64,000 nucleotides of DNA from an uncultured Candidatus Saccharibacteria bacterium (GTDB lineage Bacteria > Patescibacteriota > Minisyncoccia > Phycocordibacterales > DATGWK01), in the NCBI GenBank assembly GCA_964356815.1, contig CAYHIR010000001.1, forward strand, positions 32,297 to 96,296, written 5' to 3'. Each line of letters begins with the position of its first letter. Within the stretch, counting starts at the first letter, position 1. Of the stretch, positions 56,121 to 64,000 are shown in pieces. The position numbers and the translations under genes are program-made. A model generated the notes under the pieces. It had not been told where the DNA came from and ran no database searches. It was given only the letters and a program-made list of their open reading frames with translations.

Positions 56121-57929
56121 CTATTCTCCTTGCACCATTTTCATGAATACGTCTTGAGGTATGTTAACCGTCCCCTGTTCCTTCATTCTTTTCTTTCCCT
56201 CTTTTTGTTTTTCCCAAAGTTTCATTTTTCGAGTGCGATCGCCGCCGTACATGTGCGCGGTAACGTTTTTCTTAAGAGCCGGTAAAGTTTGTGAAGCGAT
56301 GATGCGTCCGAGACCCTTAGCTTGAATTTTTGTCGCAAACATTTGGCGAGGCAAAGCTTTGTAAAGCCTATCCACAACATCTACCGCTTCGCGCTCTACG
56401 GAGCTACGCGCTACAATCCGAGCAAACGCTGGCACCGCTTCTTCGGCGACCAACACTTCGAGCAAAGAGACATCAGCTTTTTGAAAACCAACAATTTCAT
56501 AAGAAAGCGAAGCGAAGCCTGAAGAAATACTTTTGAGTTTGTTGAAAAAATTGCGCATGAGTTCGCGAAGCGGCATTTCGGCCGAAATTGAAAGACGATT
56601 TTCACCAAAAGAAATTGTATCGCCCATGATGCCGGCATGTTCAAAAATGAGTTGAGAAATTGGCCCGACATACAAGCTTGGTGTGATTACCGAAAGCTTC
56701 ACCCACGGCTCTTCGACGGTAGCAATGAGATGTTCTTCCGGAAAAGCTGCTGGTGAGTAGCAGGTTTGTCGTTCACCATTTTTTAAAACAACTTCATAAT
56801 GAATGCTCGGCGTCGTCACCACGAGATCCATGCCGAATTCACGCTTCAGGCGCTCGGTAATGATTTCCAAATGAAGCATTCCTAAGAAACCACAACGAAA
56901 ACCTTTACCGAGAATGTTTGACGATTCTTCTTCAAATGTGAGCGATGAATCGGAAAGCTTCAGCTTCGAAAGAGCTTGGCGGAGAAACGGAATGTCGTCT
57001 TGGCTTTTTGGGAAAAGAGACGACCAAACAACAGAATTTGGAATTTCATAACCAGAAAGTGGTGGTGAAGTGTCGCTCGGCGAAGCAATGGTATCGCCCA
57101 CAGAAGCCACGCCAGGCTCTTTCACGCCTGTGACGATGTAGCCGATTTCGCCCGGCCCAAGCTCTGCGACTGGCGTTTCGTCTGGTGCAAAAATACCGAC
57201 ATCTATAGCGCGAAAGGTTTTTTCAGCAATTTTAAACACGAGATCATCATTTCTTTTTACACTGCCAGACACCACACGGATGAAAACGATGACACCGGTG
57301 TGATTTGAATATTGAAAATCGAAAATAAGTGAACGGAATTTTTCTGCGCTTTTTTCCGGTGCATTCGCAGGCATTTTTGGCGGCGGCACACGACGGATAA
57401 TTTCGCCAAGCAATGTTTCAACACCTTCGCCTGTTTTGCCAGAAGTTTCGACAATGTCTTCCATCGAACAGTCTAGAAGTTTGATAATTTCTTGCTTCAC
57501 TTCATCGCGGCGTGCTAAAGGTGCGTCAATCTTAGAAAGCACTGGAATGATAACCAAGCCAGCAGCACGAGTGGCTTGGAGGGTGGATAGTGTTTGAGCC
57601 TGAACACCCTGAGTCGCGTCTACGAGCAAAATAGAGCCTTCCACGGCCTTCAGAGCACGCGAAACCTCATAGTAGAAGTCGATATGCCCGGGAGTATCGA
57701 TGAGATTTAGAATGTAGTCTACGCCGCCCTGTGAGTAGTCGAGACGCACCGGTCGCATCTTTATAGTGATGCCTCGTTCGCGCTCAAGCTCCATACTATC
57801 GAGTACCTGATCGCGCATTTTGCGCTTTTCTACCGCCCCCGTTATCTCAAGCAAACGGTCGGCCAAAGTGGACTTACCGTGGTCGATATGGGCGATTATA
57901 GAGAAATTTCTGATTTTACTAACGTCCAT
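56121..57929 (-). CDS. lepA: Elongation factor 4 (LepA)
   Basis: 602 aa; G-domain AHIDHGKST, DTPGH, SKID; LepA C-terminal domain. Confidence 0.9.
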   Translation of the reverse strand: MDVSKIRNFSIIAHIDHGKSTLADRLLEITGAVEKRKMRDQVLDSMELERERGITIKMRPVRLDYSQGGVDYILNLIDTPGHIDFYYEVSRALKAVEGSILLVDATQGVQAQTLSTLQATRAAGLVIIPVLSKIDAPLARRDEVKQEIIKLLDCSMEDIVETSGKTGEGVETLLGEIIRRVPPPKMPANAPEKSAEKFRSLIFDFQYSNHTGVIVFIRVVSGSVKRNDDLVFKIAEKTFRAIDVGIFAPDETPVAELGPGEIGYIVTGVKEPGVASVGDTIASPSDTSPPLSGYEIPNSVVWSSLFPKSQDDIPFLRQALSKLKLSDSSLTFEEESSNILGKGFRCGFLGMLHLEIITERLKREFGMDLVVTTPSIHYEVVLKNGERQTCYSPAAFPEEHLIATVEEPWVKLSVITPSLYVGPISQLIFEHAGIMGDTISFGENRLSISAEMPLRELMRNFFNKLKSISSGFASLSYEIVGFQKADVSLLEVLVAEEAVPAFARIVARSSVEREAVDVVDRLYKALPRQMFATKIQAKGLGRIIASQTLPALKKNVTAHMYGGDRTRKMKLWEKQKEGKKRMKEQGTVNIPQDVFMKMVQGE

Positions 57930-57986
57930 TTTATGTGTGGAGCTGTATTAAAGCACGCCACGGCGATTAAATCACGCGATAAACGG

Positions 57987-59747
57987 CTAAATCACGCTCT
58001 CGACATCCGGGCCAACTACTGGCGCACGCCAGAATTTTCTGTGGAGTGTCTGCCAGATTTCGGCCGCTTCCCGATTTTTTATAAGCACCAAAAGTATAAT
58101 ACTGAGCACCAAGCCAACCAAACCAGCAAAAAATCCTTGAAAGAAAATTCCTACGAATGTGTCGATCGAAAAAACGTCGTCGAGAATATTGAGGGTGACA
58201 TATGCCGATACGGCCATGACCAAGGATGCCATCAGACTTTCAAAAAAAGTTTGGCCGACTTGGTGCAGGTTGGATTTTTCGAGTGGCGCGGAATAAGTTT
58301 TGAACTCACGATGGAAAGAAAAAATGTGGATAATGGCGGCAATCGTTACACCGATAGAAAAGGCCAGCGGCAGAACGAGAACGGAGGTGTCTGCCACATC
58401 GCCCACGCGCAAAAGTTGAGCTAGAAAATCGTGGAAAGCTGGTACGACTTTGTATATATGAAGCAAAACGAGAGCTAAAACGATTGTGAGAACGGCAGTA
58501 AAAATGTTTATAAAAACCGGCGTTTTCGTATTGCTACTTGAATATCGTGCGCGAGTGAAAAGCAAAACGAGCGATTGAGAAACTAAAGAGAGCATAAAAA
58601 TCGCGAGCATGGCGGCGGTGAGACGAGTGTCTGACCAAGAAAATTCGCCAGAGCCGAGAATGACGCGCACTATCTGCGCGCGGAGAACTATAAAAATCGC
58701 CGCTACCGGCAAACATAGAAAAATAATGTGGCGTGTGGCGGTGATGACATGCTCAACATATTTATGATGCTCACCGCTCGAAATATATTTTGTAAGCGTT
58801 GGAAAAGCGGCCATTGAATAACTTACACCAATAATAGAAAGTGGGACAGATTGCAGATTCCAAGCGAAATTGAAAACGGAAATCGAGCCCGCTGCCATAA
58901 GCGAGGCGGTGGAGATGAGGAAAAATTTAGAAATTTCGGTGGCAGAAATGGCAAGCGTGCGCGGCACAGAAAGGGCCATAGCGGCAAAAGCCACAGGCCA
59001 TTCTCGCACGCGGGCAAAAACTGGGAACATGCCCTCAGAAGCAATAAACGGCACCTGCACAGCCATATGAGCAAAAGCGCCGAGCACTACACCAGCCACC
59101 AAACCATGAAGACCGAAGCGTGGTACAAGAAAAAGAGCGCCGAAAATAATGCCCAGGTTGTACACAAGCGGACTAAGAGCATAAATGAAAAACCGGCTAC
59201 GAAGCTGAGTAATGCTCGCAAAAAGATTTGAAAAGCCGAGAAAAATTGGTGACAAAAGTAAAATGCGTGTGAGAGCCACGAGGGTCTGAAGCGTTTCTGG
59301 ATCGCGGAAACCGGGCAATACAAGTGGCACGATAGCTGGCGCAAAAATAAAAACGATAGCCGCCACGAAAATAATAGCCACAAAAAAGACGGTGAAGATG
59401 ACATCGAAAAACTTTTTACCTTCGCTGTGGCTGTTGGTAGCGCGCGCACCCCCACTTTCGCCGCCGCCCGCTACAACAGCTTCCCCCATAGCAAATTTCT
59501 GCGACAAAAAAGGAATGAGAACTGAGGCAGAAACGAGTGAGGCGATGGTCACAAAAAGAAAATCAGGAATCCTAAACGCGGCGTAGTATAAATCGAGCTC
59601 AGTGCCAGCGCCAAAGCCGTGAGCGAGCAAGCGGTCGCGCACAAGCGCAAGGATCTGAGAAGCGATGGCGGCCAAACCCAAAAGATATGCGGCTTCATGC
59701 AAGCCACTAATTTCCCTTTGAATAAAACTAACAATTCGATTAACCAT
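57987..59747 (-). CDS. murJ: Lipid II flippase MurJ (MviN)
   Basis: 586 aa; 14-TM MOP flippase pattern; N-terminal SGLHEAAYLLGLAAIASQILALVRDRLLAHGFGAG. Confidence 0.8.
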   Translation of the reverse strand: MVNRIVSFIQREISGLHEAAYLLGLAAIASQILALVRDRLLAHGFGAGTELDLYYAAFRIPDFLFVTIASLVSASVLIPFLSQKFAMGEAVVAGGGESGGARATNSHSEGKKFFDVIFTVFFVAIIFVAAIVFIFAPAIVPLVLPGFRDPETLQTLVALTRILLLSPIFLGFSNLFASITQLRSRFFIYALSPLVYNLGIIFGALFLVPRFGLHGLVAGVVLGAFAHMAVQVPFIASEGMFPVFARVREWPVAFAAMALSVPRTLAISATEISKFFLISTASLMAAGSISVFNFAWNLQSVPLSIIGVSYSMAAFPTLTKYISSGEHHKYVEHVITATRHIIFLCLPVAAIFIVLRAQIVRVILGSGEFSWSDTRLTAAMLAIFMLSLVSQSLVLLFTRARYSSSNTKTPVFINIFTAVLTIVLALVLLHIYKVVPAFHDFLAQLLRVGDVADTSVLVLPLAFSIGVTIAAIIHIFSFHREFKTYSAPLEKSNLHQVGQTFFESLMASLVMAVSAYVTLNILDDVFSIDTFVGIFFQGFFAGLVGLVLSIILLVLIKNREAAEIWQTLHRKFWRAPVVGPDVESVI

Positions 59748-62077
59748 TAGGGCGTTGTTTGGGTTTCTTCAATCGAAGTACGGACTTCAGAAAGTGAACT
59801 GCGGCCGGCCTTTATATTTTCTAAGATTGCGTTGACTTCTTGGTTTTCGGGATTTGTTTTTACCAAATACTCAAACTGCTCTATCGCATCAACCAAACGA
59901 TCGGCATTGTAATAGCTCATGCCTAAAAAGTATCTCGCATCTGCATAATCTGGGACAATTTCAACCGCCTTTTCGAATGACGAAGCCGCCGCATTCCAAT
60001 CTTTCTCTTCATATTTCAAAAGACCGAGATAGAAAAAAGCTGTTGGGTCGTTTGGGTTTAGACCGACAAGTTTTTCCAAAGCCGAAACCGCCAAAAATGC
60101 ATTGCCATTTGTGACATCAATTTTCGAGATAAGTAAGACGGCTTCAGAAAAATTGGGTTTTAGCTCTAAAGCTTTTACAACATACTCTCTAGCTTTGGTA
60201 TTATCTTTATTTAAAATTTCTAGGCGCGCACGCTCAAGATATATTAGAGGATTTTTTGGACTGCGCTTAATGGCTTCATCGAAAAGTTCTGAGGCTACTT
60301 GGTAAGATTGCGGTGCATCGACACTCGCCATAAGCGAATAAACTCTAGCCATTAAAAACCAGTTGGTAAAATTTTCTGGGTCAAAATCTCTGGCTCTTCT
60401 TGAGGCCTCGACAGCGACACTTAAAGATTGTTCAAAATTTGAGCGTGTTTCTTCGGTAATCGTCGCACCACTAGCCGCTAAATCAATGAAATTTTTTAAT
60501 TCGACAAGCTTTACATCGGCCAAGGCTCGATAGTAAAAATCGTTTTCACTTATATTTATAGCTTGGAGAATATTTTTGGAAGCAGTATCGATATCTCTGG
60601 CAGTCGAAAGGGCTGCGTCGGCCTTTTTGAACTGCGAAAGCGCATAGGCTCTTTTAAAAATCAGAAAATCAAAATTTACCGTCGCAATTATCAGAATAAT
60701 GAGACCAACAATTACAAACGGCGTAAAATAATTTTCGTTTTTTCTGAAATTAATGACTCTATTTTTTAAATCACTAAATACTAAAAGTGAGGCGATGCTT
60801 AGGCCTGTAAAGAAAAATGTTAGGGTAAGAATTGTTAGGCTCGGAACGAAGAAAATATTCACAGCCCACAAAAACATGGTCGTTACGGAGGAAGAGGCGA
60901 CCACAAAAACAGATTCTGGTCTTGAAGCTTTTATAAATAAGTTTTTTGAAATTGACCAAAACACAAAACCCAAGAAAATCAGCCAGCTAAGGAGGCCGGC
61001 TAGGCCAGTTTCAATAATTGTCGTAGGCAAAAAACCGACCCCCGAAGAAAACGGTGCATTCCAATAATCGGTAAAGTTTATATCGGGCCGATGAAGCTCC
61101 CAGTCGAGGGAAAAACGATTTGGTCCAGAACCCAATAAAGGATTTTCGTAAAAAGAAGCCTTGGCGACATCAAGCGTACCAGACCATGACGGGCGAACAT
61201 TTAAAAAATTAATATCAAAAAATTTACTAACTCTCTCACCTACCATTTGGCCAGTAAACGGAAAAATGAAAACGAGTGAAATCACAAAGAGAGACACTGC
61301 TCTCCATGGTACTTTGCGAAGAAATAAACCTTTATCAAAATAAAATGCACCGGAGAAATAAAGACTCAGAAATAAACTAGCGACACCGATTGCGTACCAA
61401 ACAATATTAAAATTTACCACAACCAACATAGCTAAAGATAGAACAAAAACCGCATTCAAAAACCACTGAAAAAGTGGCTTCAAATTTAAACTTTCAACAG
61501 CTGAGACTGAAACTATTGTCGACACACCAAAAAAAATCGCGAGCTCTGGCCAAATACCAATCGGTGTAGAAGTTAATTTTTGAAACACCCCGAATGAAAG
61601 GAAGTCCGCACCTAAAAACAAACGGCAGAGATGAAAAATAGCAAGCAAAAAAGCGGCAAATAGAAAAAAACTGTTGGCCAAGATAATTCGAGAAATAGAT
61701 CTGAATTCCAAAGTAACCAATAGTGTGAGAACAAACATAAAAAACAAAGATGCCAATGTAAAAATTTCTGAACCATATCCCAAAACAGAAACCCAAGCTG
61801 GCCCCCTAGAAAATACAGCAGACAAAATATAGACTCCAAACACAACTGCGCCGAAATAAAATAATTTTGTGTTTGGAATTAAAAAATAACCACGCTTTAT
61901 AATTAAAACCAAATGAACAATGAACAAAATGGCGATTAAAGAAAATACAAACACCGTCTTTATAGAACCGAGAGATAATATATTAGGAGAAATAAATAAA
62001 ATTGGCGCAATAAAAACCAGAGCATACAGACCAAAAGAAAAAAAATTATCTTTCAACTTATCTTTCAAACCTTCCAT
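59747..62077 (-). CDS. Polytopic membrane protein (O-antigen ligase/Wzy_C-like N-terminal region) with C-terminal TPR repeats
   Basis: 776 aa; at least 10 TM helices in the N-terminal 450 aa; C-terminal TPR units (AxxxLxxAxxxxPxxxxA periodicity). Confidence 0.5.
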   Translation of the reverse strand: MEGLKDKLKDNFFSFGLYALVFIAPILFISPNILSLGSIKTVFVFSLIAILFIVHLVLIIKRGYFLIPNTKLFYFGAVVFGVYILSAVFSRGPAWVSVLGYGSEIFTLASLFFMFVLTLLVTLEFRSISRIILANSFFLFAAFLLAIFHLCRLFLGADFLSFGVFQKLTSTPIGIWPELAIFFGVSTIVSVSAVESLNLKPLFQWFLNAVFVLSLAMLVVVNFNIVWYAIGVASLFLSLYFSGAFYFDKGLFLRKVPWRAVSLFVISLVFIFPFTGQMVGERVSKFFDINFLNVRPSWSGTLDVAKASFYENPLLGSGPNRFSLDWELHRPDINFTDYWNAPFSSGVGFLPTTIIETGLAGLLSWLIFLGFVFWSISKNLFIKASRPESVFVVASSSVTTMFLWAVNIFFVPSLTILTLTFFFTGLSIASLLVFSDLKNRVINFRKNENYFTPFVIVGLIILIIATVNFDFLIFKRAYALSQFKKADAALSTARDIDTASKNILQAINISENDFYYRALADVKLVELKNFIDLAASGATITEETRSNFEQSLSVAVEASRRARDFDPENFTNWFLMARVYSLMASVDAPQSYQVASELFDEAIKRSPKNPLIYLERARLEILNKDNTKAREYVVKALELKPNFSEAVLLISKIDVTNGNAFLAVSALEKLVGLNPNDPTAFFYLGLLKYEEKDWNAAASSFEKAVEIVPDYADARYFLGMSYYNADRLVDAIEQFEYLVKTNPENQEVNAILENIKAGRSSLSEVRTSIEETQTTP

Positions 62078-62151
62078 ATTATTTTATTGTGTCTAATTAT
62101 AACCCGCGACTGACAAAACAAAAACCCGCTTTAGACGGGTCTTTGTTATTT

Positions 62152-62578
62152 GTTTGCTTGTGTCTATAAGCCGAATTCTGTACTCCACGATCACCGCCGA
62201 AGCGGTGCCGCTAAGCGATAAACATTTATCTGCCCTGTGAGTTACCCCACGGGTCAAGCGACTCTTTTTTCCAAAACAGCAGTTTTTATTCTGAAGTTTC
62301 AAAAAAACTCGGTCTTGCACTTAGGTAAGGATTTGGCCGTTTCACCTCGAAAATTACTTTTCGAGCTCATCCTCGAATCGAGGATGCCTCCCCCATTTCG
62401 GGTTCGGCGTCTCTGTTCGCACCTCGCAGATTGCTCTGGACGGGCGTTACCCGCTACCCTCCTGCCGTGACACCTGCGGAAATATTTCTATTTCCACCAC
62501 GCCACGACAAGTGTTCGGACTTTCCTCCCACATCGCTTGTTGCCAAGCTTTGTAAGCGTTTACCCGACACAAGCTAGA
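62152..62578 (-). ncRNA. rnpB: RNase P RNA (bacterial type)
   Basis: Minus-strand reading gives CR-I GGGAGGAAAGUCCGAACAC (reverse complement of 62510..62527), a CR-IV-like ACAGAAUUCGGCUUAUAGAC near the 3' end, P1 complementarity (GCUUGUGUC at the 5' end / GACACAAGC at the 3' end), and an intrinsic terminator ACCCGUCUAAAGCGGGUUUUUG downstream. ORFs 62093..62320 and 62237..62470 overlap it and are rejected. Confidence 0.75.
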
Positions 62579-62599
62579 TAACTATATCACAAAATATAA

Positions 62600-64000
62600 T
62601 TAAAATCCAGTCGACTCAGACTCAGGTTCGGTCTCTGGTTCTGTTTCTGGAGAAATATCTTCATCTACAACTGATTCTGAAATTTCCGGAGTTTCTGTAA
62701 TTTCTGTAATTTCTGGAGTTTCAGAAGAAACATCTTTTGTGGGCTCAACATCTTCTGGCACAGCAATAATAACATCATCGACTGGCGGACCAGCTGGTGG
62801 CTCGTCGACAACAACCGGACCATCGTCTGAATCATCGCCACATTCCCCACGCACATTTATAATTTTGCCGTTTTTAATTTTTAGACAATACGGCTCGCCA
62901 TTTTTTTCGTCGTACAAAGTAATACCACTTGGCTTTTCTGATGAGCCGATAGTGAGGGCCTCTGCCGCAACATCCTTGAAGCGTGCAAGCGTATGGCTGA
63001 TTTCTACTCCAAAACTTTCTAGACCAGCGATCATAGCCCCAAGAGAAAAGCTGTTGTGAGTGTTTTGTTCAAGATTTGTAACTCGATCAGCCAATGCTGT
63101 AACTTTTTTATCCAGCATCTGAACAAACTTCGTGAGCAGGCCGGTATATCTTCCATAATCGAAGGCCACAGGGTCGCCCTTTCTAAATAAATGGCCGTCC
63201 ATAGTAAAATCAATATCGGCAACTTCAATAAGAGCTGGGTCAATCTTGAGCGCGTCTTCAGCAATAAAACCGTAACGAAGTTCGTCATCGCTGTTGGTCA
63301 AATAAGAAACGGCTTTTAGGTCGAGAACTTTCATGGCCGCTTCTTCTGTTATGTCGTCAATATCGTGTTTTGTGTATTTTGAAGATGTAACGCAAGTAGT
63401 ATTTCCAGCGGTAACGAGCTCTTTTGTGGTTGCATCAATACAAACAGCATTTTTGTTTGTATCAGAAGTGAGACCGTCGATCGCTACACCACCTACCACA
63501 GAAAGCTCTTTCCAAGGTGTAGACGTACTAACTCCAATCTTAGCTGGGGTAATGTAAAGAGTTGGATACAAACCATCACCACCTTCTGAAACAGAAAATA
63601 CGAGATTTGTACCAACTGGATCGCCACCACCAGCCGGTGCACCTACCACATACGAATAAATAGAGGAAGATTCTGCATATGCACTACCGTTGTGCGGCGC
63701 GCCGACAAGCTTAAAAATAGTGTCGCCATTGTTGACAACAATTGGAGAAGCATTAGTACCCCTTGAACGATTAAAATTATTACCTGGAGCAGCCGTTGGG
63801 GTAGCAGAGGAAATTATTTGAGTTATCGTGTCGTCCACTTCTCCAATTAGTTGGAGTTTAGATACTGCTGTTGTGGGTGCTGCACCGATTCCAACCTTTC
63901 CACTATCTAAAATCACAAATTTATCTAAATTTGTGCTACCGGTAACAGTGAGGGCTCTGCCGGTAGCTGTGCCCTCTCCAACAACCACGAGTCGACTGTT
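62600..64000 (-). CDS. Tail-fibre-like surface protein with peptidase S74 intramolecular-chaperone domain and acidic Pro/Glu/Thr-rich C-terminal tail (5' end beyond window)
   Basis: C-terminal region KHDIDDITEEAAMKVLDLKAVSYLTNSDDELRYGFIAEDALKIDPALIEV...YTGLLTKFVQMLDKKVTALADRVTNLE matches the auto-cleaving chaperone domain of phage tail spikes/endosialidases. Upstream Gly/Thr/Val-rich beta segments. The ORF reaches the window edge. Confidence 0.55.
   Translation of the reverse strand, partial: NSRLVVVGEGTATGRALTVTGSTNLDKFVILDSGKVGIGAAPTTAVSKLQLIGEVDDTITQIISSATPTAAPGNNFNRSRGTNASPIVVNNGDTIFKLVGAPHNGSAYAESSSIYSYVVGAPAGGGDPVGTNLVFSVSEGGDGLYPTLYITPAKIGVSTSTPWKELSVVGGVAIDGLTSDTNKNAVCIDATTKELVTAGNTTCVTSSKYTKHDIDDITEEAAMKVLDLKAVSYLTNSDDELRYGFIAEDALKIDPALIEVADIDFTMDGHLFRKGDPVAFDYGRYTGLLTKFVQMLDKKVTALADRVTNLEQNTHNSFSLGAMIAGLESFGVEISHTLARFKDVAAEALTIGSSEKPSGITLYDEKNGEPYCLKIKNGKIINVRGECGDDSDDGPVVVDEPPAGPPVDDVIIAVPEDVEPTKDVSSETPEITEITETPEISESVVDEDISPETEPETEPESESTGF

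Noticed and set aside
62093-62470. ORFs 62093..62320 (-) and 62237..62470 (+)
   Set aside because: They lie entirely within the RNase P RNA gene.

Overview
This 64 kb window reads as a chromosomal segment of a small-genome, Patescibacteria/CPR-like bacterium. That lineage assignment is an inference from gene content and style, not from any search. Coding density is high. Housekeeping genes include dnaX (partial), dus, serS, dprA, topA, parB, miaA, rpmG, alr, clpB, infB, rbfA, gyrA, rpsA-like, pth, lepB, rpsU, ybeY, ftsA, ftsZ, trxB, tsaD, hsp20, grx, lepA and murJ. I count 13 tRNA genes and an RNase P RNA. Accessory content includes: an operon on the minus strand with a solute-binding protein followed by six tandem paralogous small two-transmembrane (TM) TrbC/VirB2-like (T4SS_pilin-type) genes; a RelB/DinJ–MazF toxin-antitoxin pair inside a tRNA cluster that carries degenerate tRNA-half repeats; a family of intergenic elements with perfect 20–25 bp terminal inverted repeats (MITE-like, i.e. 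resembling miniature inverted-repeat transposable elements); an islet between rpmG/tRNA-Trp and miaA where secE–nusG would be expected; several GC-rich secreted or membrane protein genes flanked by tRNAs; and a partial tail-fibre-like protein with a peptidase S74 intramolecular-chaperone domain at the window end. An unidentified ~275 nt transcribed element with its own promoter and intrinsic terminator lies immediately upstream of dnaX. All calls come from reading the sequence and the six-frame ORF track; no searches were run.
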